The notes under the pieces: generated by a model
Seen by the model: the letters and a program-made list of their open reading frames with translations, nothing else
The model's database searches: none
What the model was told of the DNA's origin: nothing
Position numbers and translations under genes: made by a program
From: Amphiscolops sp. MND2022
Taxonomy: Eukaryota
Direction: 5' to 3'
NCBI GenBank assembly: GCA_964187785.1
Contig: OZ076409.1
Coordinates: forward strand, 28,212,001-28,276,000
DNA length: 64,000 bases
Part shown: positions 22,401 to 31,579 of the stretch, piece by piece
Layout of the letters: each line of letters starts with the position of its first letter
Numbering within the stretch: position 1 is the first letter of the stretch

Positions 22401-25400
22401 CAATTATGACCAAGATGCCAGTGTTATTACTGTCTGAGGGGCAGATTTTCAGATGATCATATTGAACCAATTCGTTGAAGTATCCGCTTTGGATGTTCTT
22501 TAGATGGAATCGGACGTCACCAGGCTTATCCCGCACTTGTTGACAGGTGAGGCATTGGCCAACGTAACGGCCCACGCTGCGCCGAATACCAGGCCATGTG
22601 TGACGTTCTTGAATCCTAGCCACCACTTTGGAGATACCTTGATGTCCCATGGCGTCATGCGCGCGGAATAAAATCTCATGCTGGTACAGTTGTGGCATGA
22701 CGATCATGCACGGACGTTCGTGCAGGGGACGTTGGTTGGGAGGGTATTGTACGCAAAGTACACCATTCTTGTTGATAAACAGGAGGGTTTTCTTCTGGCG
22801 GTAGTAGTTGCGTGCGAACTCACGCACGTTCTCGGGAAACACGTCGTGATCAATAGATTCGTTCAGCACCAACTTTTTGAGTGCTAGCACATGAACATCA
22901 CGGTTTTGGGCTAGAACCAAATCTTTGATACCATGCACGGTGTGAGCATGTTCGTGAAGTTCAGTGTTGATATCTTTAAGAGCCATAATTGAGTCGCGCA
23001 CACCCGAGGGAGTACCTTGCAACGCCACAGGATTCGCCCCGGCAATAGCATAGACGGTACGCGAGGGAACATTTACGGCATGCGTTGGCAATAGATAATC
23101 TTCGCGTGCTTCATCAGTCACATCAATCCAATCCTCAGGGTAGTCTGGATAGGCATCCTCGTGCGGTTGCAGAGCAAGGGCAGGCGGAGGTGGCAAAGGG
23201 GCTGCGAATGCTTTCGCTTGTCTGTCCCTCCTGCTCGCTCGTTTGGTGCGGCGAAGCACGCGTAGCAATTGGTCGGGAGCCTTAGGCTCCAAGTTCTGCA
23301 GGTGCGCAGGTAACTCGGGATGGTTCGGGATGACTCGACCCTGAAGGTCGAACCATGGGGCAACAGGTAGCTTATCAAATTCGTCAGCTGAAAGAAAGTT
23401 CCAGCGTTCGCCCGCAGCTGGCTGCTGTGCAAGCTGTTTTTCGCGGCATCGGTACTCGTTGGTTCGTTTGCTCAAGCCATCGGCGTTTCGATGTTGGGTC
23501 CTTGGGCGGTGTTCCACGCGAAAGTGATATTTCTCCAGGGTCATGATCCATCGGCCGATTAATGCTTGATCCGTGGAGTAGGTTTTCAACCAGGACAAAG
23601 CTTGGTTGTCCACCCGCAGGGTGAATTTTCGGGGACATAGATAGCTGTGGTTCTTCACTATGAAATAGTAAGCGGCGAACATTTCAAGTTTGGGGGCTCC
23701 GTATTTGGCTTGTGTGGTGGTGAGCTTCTTGCTACCGTAAACTATCGGTCTCAGGCGTCGTTCACCCGGAGGACCTTGCCACTGGTGCAGGATACCCGAA
23801 ATGGCGACAGCACTAGCGTCAGTGTCCAACACAAACTCTCCTTCGGAATCAGGCTGCGCGAGCGCAGTTGCCTCGATTAGGGCTTTTTTGATCTCATTGA
23901 ATGCGGTTTGTTGCTCAGGACCCCAGGCGAAGGTGGCATTCAGTCCAGTGACGGCGTGCAGGGGTGCAACCAGCTTAGCGTGCCAAGGAATGAATTCGCG
24001 ATAATAGTTGGCAAATCCAAGGAAACTCTGCATCTCCGTCTTGTTACGGGGAATTTCCCAATCACGCAACTTGACGACGGCTTTTGGGTCGGGCTTCACT
24101 CCTTCTGCGGACACCACTCGTCCCAAATACTTGATTTCCGATTTCATGAAATCGCATTTGGCCACGCGCATTTTGAAACCGGCTTCACGGAGACATTCAA
24201 AGACTTCACGTAGACGTACCATATGGTCTTCCACAGTCTCCGTGGCAATCACGATATCATCAATGTAGGCCATGACCATGCTGCCCTCACGATTGACAAT
24301 ATTCCTTAGCGCACGCGCTATTGACCGTTGAAACGTGGCAGATGCATTGCACATACCAAATGGCATTCGCCGCCACTCAAAAAGTCCTAATTCGCAAGCA
24401 AAAGCGGTTTTGTGGCGATCCGCTTTGCGCACGGGAATTTGCCAAAAGGCCCAAGCAAGGTCTATGCTGGTATAGATCTTTGCTTTGCCTAGCCGTGCCA
24501 GGCTTTCATCGATGCGGGGCAAGGGATAAGCATCCTTAATGGTTACCTCATTTAACGGGCGGAAGTCGCAGCAAAAGCGCAACTCCCCGTTTTTCTTTTT
24601 CACCATTACAATGCCGCTCGCCCAGGGGGACAGCGAGGGCTGTATCATTCCCAGAGCTAATAGGTTCCGTACCTCCTGATTGGCACGTTCGGCCTTCTCA
24701 GGGGACATCCGGCGAGCACCTTCGCGATGCGGTACAGCCCCTGGTTCCACCTCCACGGTGTGCTTAGAGATAGTGCACCGACCGATGTCTGCTTTGTGTT
24801 TCATGAACAGCTCATCAAATTCATCGAGGAGGTTACGGAGAGACTCGCAGGCGCTAGCGCCCCACAAATCCTTGACCGCCTTGAGCTGAGATTCCGGCCC
24901 AGGAATCGGAGCCATTAGCTCTGGGTCCGTTCGTTTGCGAATCTCGCGCTCCGATAGTCCTGCCTCGCTAGGGTCAGTAGAGGACAAAAACTCAAATTCG
25001 GAAGAAGAGGTTAACTCAGAAGCAGTGGATAGATTCACTTCACTATAAATTTTATGAACAAAATTTGCACGACTGTCGTCGGCGTCAGTTTTTGTGCGGG
25101 TTGTAGTGGGAGAGTCCAAACATTGAGGTACTGCTTGGTATACTACCGTTACGGGTACTACGGTGCCCAGTTGTACACCACACCGCATGCGTTGAGGGTT
25201 GCTGGTGAGATTTATCAGGCTCACAAAGAGTGTTCCTGTCTCACTGACAGTGGCCACGCTGTCCTCTAAAAAGACGACATTGTGCAACGTAGTGTCAGAC
25301 AAAGAGGCATTGAGCGCTACGCTTTGAAATATCAGCGGCTCTAGTGTGTTGGTGACGAGCTTGGCTCTAGCCACCGCTCGTTCAAAAGGTTGCAGGACCA

Positions 25401-28400
25401 AGTCACTGTCCAAAACGACTGGAGTAGCTATTGAAGTGTCACCTACCTGTGCGTGAGCATGATGCCACACAGGCTTCACTGGTGCTCGCACCACAATCTT
25501 CATAGATGTTAGATCCACTAACACCTGGTAGGAGCGAAGAAAGTTCCGGCCAAGTAGGAAGTCTTCCACACCCATTGCGTCATCTACCACCACAAAGTTC
25601 GTTTCAAGTTCGTATCCTCCCAGCTGGAAATGGATGTGTTCTGCGAGGCCGTAGGTTTTTATTGTCTTCCCGTTGGCTGCGTATAGGTCAACTTGGTAGG
25701 GTTTAAGTACCGTTCCAGTTCGAGCTGCCACTCTGTTGAAGGCGGAAAACGTCAGTATGGAGACGCCCGAGCCAGTGTCCACCAGCCCTCGCAGCGGAAT
25801 AGGTGCTGCATGAGGCACCACGAAAGAGACCACGAGCGACGCACGCTCATCTATACGCGCTTCGCCGGTGGGCTCCTGGTGATTGATGTTATAGCATTTG
25901 AGCTCCTGGGGACCCAGACAAATGCCAGTGGGAAATACATCCACCACCACACAGGCTTCGAATTTCATGTCCACTCCATCCATTGAAGCGCAGACTGGCA
26001 CTGGGGAATACGTTGTCAGAGTCGCAGACTCTCCCGGAGCGTACCATTCTTTCGGTCGAGGCAACTCGTTTCGTTTGTAGAGGATAGATAATTCGACCCA
26101 TAGCTTCGCCAGAGTTAGCGTCGGCCTATGTGTTTGCTCAGCTGCCAGCAACAGGTGAATGGAAATCAGCGTACGTCCTTGCGGATCGAACGTTGTGGGT
26201 TCCAAGCAGGTTTGAACTTGCTTAGCACCACAAGTGAATGTCATCGGAGTGTGGAACGCAGGCGGTTCCGCTGGATGTAGCATCAACACACGGTCATCTT
26301 CCAAAGGTACGGTGTGCGCGGCGATGCCAGCTGATTCGACCTCAGCCCACCGATTGTAGGCCAACTCTTCATTGGGTTTCGGCGCATGGGAGTGCTCTCC
26401 ACATTGCACTTCCGCCTGATCAAAAAGGCCACAGCTCGCGCATTGATAGATCCCTGGATGACCTTCAAGGATACCATCGGTCGTGTCTTCCGTGGTCACC
26501 TTCACGCCCTCTGGTTCGGAGGCAGTCATCGGTTTTCGAGCCTGGTCACGATTGGGGCACTCGCGAGCAAAATGTCCGTTTTGCCCACAGTGAAAACAAG
26601 CACCTACTGGCGCTCGGACGGGAGCTGGGACAGCCGGAGCTGGGACATTTTGGGGGGGCGCCGGAGGTGGCAAGACGCCCTGCGGCATAACCATCTTGTT
26701 CGGCGGTAGTGGTGCGAAAGGATGAGGTCTAGACCTCATGGCTAATCGGGGATCATAGGGTTGTTGAGGTTGGGTAGGCCTGGGACGATTGCGTTGCAGC
26801 TGACGTGTGGTGAATCGCAAGGACTCCACGGTAGGGGGTTCGGTAAGAAAAGTTTCCGAGGCGTATACTATAGCAAGTTCACGCCTCAACACTGGATCTC
26901 GCACACCTTCCATGAAGCGTTGCAAGATTTCATAGCGTTTCGTAGTGATACTTTCTTGCGGGAACCCTTGGCTCCTGAGACCCTCTAAAGCGTCTAAGTA
27001 CTGCATCCAGTCTTCTTTTTCTTGTTGGACGCGGCTTTGGAAAGTCTGCCGCACCTGCATGCGATTTCCTCCCGCGCCAAATCGACTAGATAGCAACTCG
27101 AACACCTTCTCGGGGGTGTCACGTTCAGACTCTGCCTTGTTGATGATGTAGTTGCGAGCCTCACCTTCGAGGTGACCGATAATACTCCAGGCCCGATCTT
27201 CGGCCGAGATTTTGGTTTGGGTTCTCTTTAAGTATCGCTGCATCACTAGGATCCAGCCATCAATAGACCCGTCCTTAGAGCCTCGATACACACTGGGTTT
27301 GGTCTGAGCCAGGTCACGTCCCGCAAGTAACGGTGCTAGTTCTTTGGACATTGCTTTGGAAATGGCGGCAGTGAACCTCAATTGCTCAGGAGAAATGACT
27401 TCAGCCTCTCCTTCTTTAGGCGCCACATCATCAGTGCCGTCGTCACTGCCATGCGTAGCTCGCACTGAGAGGTTCGTCACGTCTTCTTTCCTGCGAGTGC
27501 TGCTCGCGCAAGGAGCGCCCGAGGGCATCCCGTCCTCAGCTGGCCAGTCGGCGGTCAGATACATGGAGTCCGTTCCAGAAACCATGGTAGGGGCCGTCAC
27601 ATACGCAGCTCCATCAGTCTGGGACCCTAGTGTGGCCTTAGTACAGGATAAATCAACTTCGGTAGAAGTATCTAGATAGATAGGTGACATCGGGTCCACA
27701 CCTTGGTCTCGGGTGGCACTTCGAACTATGGAGGATGTCATTTGGCTCATCGACGAGGAGTCGTGGGGCCCTCTTACCTGCACCCGTGCAGGTTTGCGCT
27801 CCACAGCAGCCATGATGGGCACAGGATCCCTGGTTCGGGTTTCAGGCGTTGTCGACTTGGAGGTGCTGGGCTTCAATACGCTCGCCAACTCGGGTTTTGT
27901 TGCCTGACTCCGGTGCGATGATTCCGTGGCCTTCATTGAATCCGCGATCGGCACACCTTCAGTGGCACCAGCTTGTCGTGGGAGGGACCTTTCGCGCCTC
28001 ATGATGTTGATAGCATTGAGCACAGTGTGCATTTGGTTACTCAAATCATTGATCTGGGTTTCCACACGAAGTTCACGGGCCATCAGAAGGTCATTCATCT
28101 CACCCATCCTGTAGCCTAGTGCATCTACGCGAGCGCTCTGCGTGTTCTGCGCGGTTCGCAGTTGATCACTGACCTGCAGACCTTCTCGCATCGTTGTCTG
28201 CAATGTTCTCATATTTTCTGCGATGGCACGGTGTTGGTCATTGCATCCAGCACGAGTGCTAGCCAGTTCAGCTAAGGCACGTTGGGTCTCGGCTTGGGCT
28301 TCCAATATTGCTGCTTTGTACACCGAAGATCGTTGGGATGATGCCACTGAACCTGCCACGCTCCTCTTACGAGGCACCTCAACTTGACGTTCACCTACAT

Positions 28401-29013
28401 TTATCATGGGTGGTCGCACTTTCTTGTGTTTGCCATAAGCACAAACTCTAGTGTTACTTCGAGTGACTCCAGTCCCTTGCGGTCTCGCACCACTCGTGTT
28501 TTCCGAGTAGGTAAGATCCTCATCCACCGTGATTTGTAGGCGAGAGCTCATTTGTTCCCTTAGGGGTGCGCGAGAGCACCCTTCCTCAGCTGCAAGTTCG
28601 TTGGTCACGTTTGAGTTGGGCCACTCTTCTTCTGCTTCATTGGCTCTTTCACGACAGGTTTCTTCGACCCATTGTTCGGTTCGACGAGAGCTTCCAGATG
28701 CAACGGAACCCTCGGAGGGAGGGACCATGGCGGCCAGTTCCTCCTTTCGTTGTTGCTCGATAGTGACTTCGTCAGACATTTCGTCTGAAAAATGCGAACC
28801 ATCCATTGTGGATCCTATGGTCACCCATGACTGCGAACTCATGTCAAGCTTTTCCAGGCCTGGTAGGACCATTACACACAATGCCAATGGCAGAGCAGGT
28901 GTCAACGATTCGGACGTAGCCTTTGAAGAAGCCTCGAAAAACGCGGGATTTGTCGAGTCGCTGTTAGCTTTAGGCTCGTCTCGGTGTGGACTTAAGAAAT
29001 TTGACTGTTTCAC
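19459..29013 (-). CDS. Gag-Pol polyprotein (first ATG at 28872, 3137 aa): capsid, CCHC, pseudo-protease + protease, dUTPase-like, RT, RNase H, integrase, AT-hook, two macrodomains
   Basis: CFHCGQNGHFAREC (~26557-26598); LVDTGSG (DTG 25771-25779) with LLGRNFL; RT YIDD (24256-24267); RNase H LDTDAS..LE..VDNQAL; integrase HDAMGH..CLTC, SDNA, VERQN, WRGPH; KRGRGRPPK (~20980-21006); TARG1-like C-terminus. Confidence 0.98.
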   Translation of the reverse strand: MKQSNFLSPHRDEPKANSDSTNPAFFEASSKATSESLTPALPLALCVMVLPGLEKLDMSSQSWVTIGSTMDGSHFSDEMSDEVTIEQQRKEELAAMVPPSEGSVASGSSRRTEQWVEETCRERANEAEEEWPNSNVTNELAAEEGCSRAPLREQMSSRLQITVDEDLTYSENTSGARPQGTGVTRSNTRVCAYGKHKKVRPPMINVGERQVEVPRKRSVAGSVASSQRSSVYKAAILEAQAETQRALAELASTRAGCNDQHRAIAENMRTLQTTMREGLQVSDQLRTAQNTQSARVDALGYRMGEMNDLLMARELRVETQINDLSNQMHTVLNAINIMRRERSLPRQAGATEGVPIADSMKATESSHRSQATKPELASVLKPSTSKSTTPETRTRDPVPIMAAVERKPARVQVRGPHDSSSMSQMTSSIVRSATRDQGVDPMSPIYLDTSTEVDLSCTKATLGSQTDGAAYVTAPTMVSGTDSMYLTADWPAEDGMPSGAPCASSTRRKEDVTNLSVRATHGSDDGTDDVAPKEGEAEVISPEQLRFTAAISKAMSKELAPLLAGRDLAQTKPSVYRGSKDGSIDGWILVMQRYLKRTQTKISAEDRAWSIIGHLEGEARNYIINKAESERDTPEKVFELLSSRFGAGGNRMQVRQTFQSRVQQEKEDWMQYLDALEGLRSQGFPQESITTKRYEILQRFMEGVRDPVLRRELAIVYASETFLTEPPTVESLRFTTRQLQRNRPRPTQPQQPYDPRLAMRSRPHPFAPLPPNKMVMPQGVLPPPAPPQNVPAPAVPAPVRAPVGACFHCGQNGHFARECPNRDQARKPMTASEPEGVKVTTEDTTDGILEGHPGIYQCASCGLFDQAEVQCGEHSHAPKPNEELAYNRWAEVESAGIAAHTVPLEDDRVLMLHPAEPPAFHTPMTFTCGAKQVQTCLEPTTFDPQGRTLISIHLLLAAEQTHRPTLTLAKLWVELSILYKRNELPRPKEWYAPGESATLTTYSPVPVCASMDGVDMKFEACVVVDVFPTGICLGPQELKCYNINHQEPTGEARIDERASLVVSFVVPHAAPIPLRGLVDTGSGVSILTFSAFNRVAARTGTVLKPYQVDLYAANGKTIKTYGLAEHIHFQLGGYELETNFVVVDDAMGVEDFLLGRNFLRSYQVLVDLTSMKIVVRAPVKPVWHHAHAQVGDTSIATPVVLDSDLVLQPFERAVARAKLVTNTLEPLIFQSVALNASLSDTTLHNVVFLEDSVATVSETGTLFVSLINLTSNPQRMRCGVQLGTVVPVTVVYQAVPQCLDSPTTTRTKTDADDSRANFVHKIYSEVNLSTASELTSSSEFEFLSSTDPSEAGLSEREIRKRTDPELMAPIPGPESQLKAVKDLWGASACESLRNLLDEFDELFMKHKADIGRCTISKHTVEVEPGAVPHREGARRMSPEKAERANQEVRNLLALGMIQPSLSPWASGIVMVKKKNGELRFCCDFRPLNEVTIKDAYPLPRIDESLARLGKAKIYTSIDLAWAFWQIPVRKADRHKTAFACELGLFEWRRMPFGMCNASATFQRSIARALRNIVNREGSMVMAYIDDIVIATETVEDHMVRLREVFECLREAGFKMRVAKCDFMKSEIKYLGRVVSAEGVKPDPKAVVKLRDWEIPRNKTEMQSFLGFANYYREFIPWHAKLVAPLHAVTGLNATFAWGPEQQTAFNEIKKALIEATALAQPDSEGEFVLDTDASAVAISGILHQWQGPPGERRLRPIVYGSKKLTTTQAKYGAPKLEMFAAYYFIVKNHSYLCPRKFTLRVDNQALSWLKTYSTDQALIGRWIMTLEKYHFRVEHRPRTQHRNADGLSKRTNEYRCREKQLAQQPAAGERWNFLSADEFDKLPVAPWFDLQGRVIPNHPELPAHLQNLEPKAPDQLLRVLRRTKRASRRDRQAKAFAAPLPPPPALALQPHEDAYPDYPEDWIDVTDEAREDYLLPTHAVNVPSRTVYAIAGANPVALQGTPSGVRDSIMALKDINTELHEHAHTVHGIKDLVLAQNRDVHVLALKKLVLNESIDHDVFPENVREFARNYYRQKKTLLFINKNGVLCVQYPPNQRPLHERPCMIVMPQLYQHEILFRAHDAMGHQGISKVVARIQERHTWPGIRRSVGRYVGQCLTCQQVRDKPGDVRFHLKNIQSGYFNELVQYDHLKICPSDSNNTGILVIIDHFSKFAEAVPCSHHDYDAVTTSRLLLQKWFARHGTPTRMQSDNAPNLTAEVSNEFLKAAHVTKVTSTASHPRTQGLVERQNRTLLTLLRVFCSRRMRDWDQCLDEVMGAYNSTRHATTGFSPYMLTRGVEKAIPLTFLYPEFAAKSFESHEAYVDHVLARQQEIHDLVRRNTHQAQLRQKLKYDRAIQARAYQVGELVWVFCRYVPQKGSPKLMRAWRGPHKVVQVFQDGRVYVLDTGQKVHFERLKPHHSGPLELATAHSDSGEVVVLMDPEPERSVDVVDDDQSFSSYKPEQLLSEASDASLPSRRRHWMDTRLRTKLRAGGSRPHYQQFDYSTSGTDDELSDAMLPIPPNPVDEDRVEPAAPPTTLDQSISPARVLPQLFSDHERVRSPSPQISSEEETSLPGTSASLLTNPSLTNFLSNYPIWPTAPPIPLKSASSDSDVQPDLPDAPETSPGAGTAPSFKRGRGRPPKAQKKRLIRAKARTRKKETPRKAETETAIQAETEAPRTAETLTEASATALRYQLRSKRQPRYKCGTCGLRDCVCLFAVNENRRVPIGARGVPPEERENLVYRLTVRAEKTYSAVERSGDYPVDTILEKLSLPGVAKAPCPRFKEWTSDGKGLEFTLPTVLPPVPSNIAFGPFNFEREPVQMVRCITADLLCDKYGVQVEPGGVYSPAPHWWLLVTAPRVEALVEPLNLLSCLESLRTLTTVDLILCFHIIDWYRGKMKFAWWLELIITCFATHPRIRLLDEWTHTFEIPLFPKAALGTLDAWVKAGSDNRAMPRSVWQDLAAVQGRTPRVCLPPDNGPGREIVYPGALYPNSAEHVSYDESDFLQAEGDIVLACPADLKTNSAALRYVLRECGMEDVFALRPKVGEILTIPPDVNPNPNQSIHLLIVRANQRAPLLTDDYLRCMTHLTQRLIDKGSTRVHLPILDPKRPAFSLVNLYHTLTSMFEGTGIHVVLHSRVYVSILTIGLK

Positions 29014-30099
29014 AACGTCCCAAATTTCTCGAAATACGTTTTAAGGCTCGTAGGCTGTTCAAATTTACACAGCGCTTTTCCACAAGCACACTGGGCCAGA
29101 AAATCAACCTGGTTCGGGGCAAAACGTCTCCGGTCACTCACAGGAAGAATTTCAAAGATTTTTTGGGTTTTCCAAAATTTGCACTACAACACTCAAGAGG
29201 CTCGTGTGTGCGCTGGAGGCGTTGTATCAAGCCCAAAATTGACCAGCAGATCTTAGGTACGTGTAGGTTTACGAAAATAAACACAGTTTTGAGCTGCGCC
29301 CCTTCTACACAGTTTCGCCTAGGTACAGACGTGCGGTACCACTATGTACCAAAATACACTGTTTTTTCACGTCTTTTTCAAGATTGCGGTCCACTGAAAA
29401 AAGCTAGCAAGCTCAAATTCTCTGCAACGACGTAGGAACTAGCACAGGTTACGATGATGGGCTGCAATATGGCCCCACCCGTCGGCTAAGGTGCCCGGGT
29501 TACTTGGAAAAATTAAGAAAAAACTGCCTTTTTGCACGCCTTTTTGGGTGCCACGTTTTTCCTATTTTCTCAACAAGTATCACACAGATCGGCACCAAAC
29601 TTGGTAGTTCATGCCAGTGGGCACCTACAATGCCGCTGATATGGTCGAATTGAAGCGCAAGCGCTTATTTGAAGTCCCGACCCACTATGTACGTTGTACA
29701 CGAAAAAACACTGTTTTTGACGACTTTTTTCACAAATTGACCAAGAGGATCACCTCAGAAAGTAATACGGCGGGCAAAATGGGACCAACGTGTCGCCCCA
29801 CTATCCGTAGCACTGGGATAAACCCTCAATTGGTTGTGCCCGTTAGGTATAAGGCACTGACAGTCTTGCAGTTTTGGATTTTTTCGGCTTTTTCAGCTTC
29901 TCTGGAGTCAAAACGTCAGAGAGCTTTTCTCGACTTTGGGGAACGATACGCCCACCAAAATTTCGGCACTAACGTTACTTTTTGTGGTGGTTACGAAAAT
30001 GCAACCACTTTTTGGCTAGGGTTCAGGAATCGATGACCCGACCCTAGCTCAGAGACAGTCCGGTTTTGTGGAAAATTGATCAGATTCAGTGCGTTTTTC

Positions 30100-30369
30100 C
30101 ACTTTTCTCAGCACTGAATGGGAGTTTTTGCATGCGGTTTTCACCACAATGCGTAAATTTTATTGTAAAAACAGAAAATGAGAGCGCGAAAGCTCCTAGC
30201 TAACAAAAAGACAGAGTGCCCAAGGGGTTTTAATTGCGTACTCAGACACTCCTGAAGCTGACTAAAATTCAAGGTTTTTCAACTTTTCTCAACACTGAAA
30301 AGGAGTTTTTGCACGCGGCTTTCACCACAATGCACTATCTTTATTGCCAGAACGGAAAATAAGAGCGTT
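30100..30369. repeat. diverged ~90 bp direct repeat in the 5' leader of the giant element
   Basis: ACTTTTCTCA.CACTGAA..GGAGTTTTTGCA.GCGG.TTTCACCACAATGC occurs at ~30101 and ~30282. Confidence 0.85.
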
Positions 30370-31547
30370 CAAACTCGCTCTGGTCCACTAAGCTTCACCC
30401 TCAAGACTTTCAGACAATGCACTTTCTATGCCTAAAAACACCTTAAATTACCGTTTTTTTGCACCGTGTCAGCCCCAGGCTGCCTGAATCCGCTGTAAAA
30501 GTTACAGTTAGTGTCCTGTGGGTCTACTACGCTTGACAAAACACCGTACACTGCTTTTTCATACTTCTACACCAGTGTACGCCTGTATTTCTGGGTGCCA
30601 TTTTGGTCAAAATTCCACTTTTTTGCAATTTTCTGGTGCTAGACCGGCACTTTTATCACAACCAAAGGCAAAATTACGGCCTTCTGTGCCTCGTACTAGC
30701 TTTCTCGAGCCTTGCAGCTGCTTTTTACAACACTTTTCACGAAGTTTTCCTGGCTCCGTTGAGCACAAGTGCTCAAAACCACGAAAAACACGAAAAAAAC
30801 GCAAAATCAGGGTTTTTTCACGCAAGTGCTATCTTTTTTGCAGAAAAGCACTTCGTAGGGTGTCGTTACATCTACAACAAAACATTACTGACCTGCACCA
30901 ACGATTCCCCGTCGAAAAAGGTGCATTTTCAAAATTTTCACCGACCATGAGCCATTTGAGCGACGCGTCCGGTCACAGGGGGTGCACCTTCACCACGCTT
31001 TTTATCCACATCCAGACCAGATAGAGACACGCGGGTTGGACCATTAGCATCGTCTGCAATTGCACTTGCTGTCCACCAAAAACCATACCTCTAGGACGTC
31101 TCCACGAGAAATGGGAGTAGGAAGTAGGCAACACACAATTTGACTTCCCCTTCGCCTCGCTGGTTCATGGTCAGCCATCCACCAGTCACCCTCTTGCATG
31201 GCATAAAATGGCTGAAAATAGCTTGCAAAACCTGTTAAACACCCGTAGCCACGTGCTACGGTCTTCAGCACCTGCAAAAAGATACCCGCTGATGGGCACA
31301 CAACACATCACACAAAAATATCGATTTCCTTCCAAAACACCTAAAAATACCATTTTCGCACCTGAAAACGTGATTTTTTCGGGTTTTCTCTGGTTCAACG
31401 CTCCTCCCAGTTCCAGTAGAATGTCACACGACTAAAAAAGGGCAAAACTCTGCTTCTCTCTCCTTCTTCAGAGTCGAAACGGGCTTGGCGCTGATTACCA
31501 GGGGGCCAGATCTTTTAAAAACCGCTAGGGAAAGCTTCCCAAGACGA

Positions 31548-31564
31548 TCCCTCTGTGGTCGCCA
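31548..31564 (-). promoter_or_regulatory. primer binding site, tRNA-Arg-like
   Basis: Minus strand TGGCGACCACAGAGGGA is complementary to a tRNA 3' end (..TCCCTCTGTGGTCGCCA) and lies 15 nt inside the 5' LTR boundary. Confidence 0.8.
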
Positions 31565-31579
31565 AAAAATGAGGTTCTA

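Noticed and set aside
28873..29013. ORF-track start at 29013
   Set aside because: It is a GTG. In a eukaryote the first ATG (28872) is the more likely start.
15350..29044. Dozens of 60-200 aa ORFs overlapping ORF1 and ORF2
   Set aside because: Expected shadow ORFs of long GC-rich coding sequence, with no motifs.
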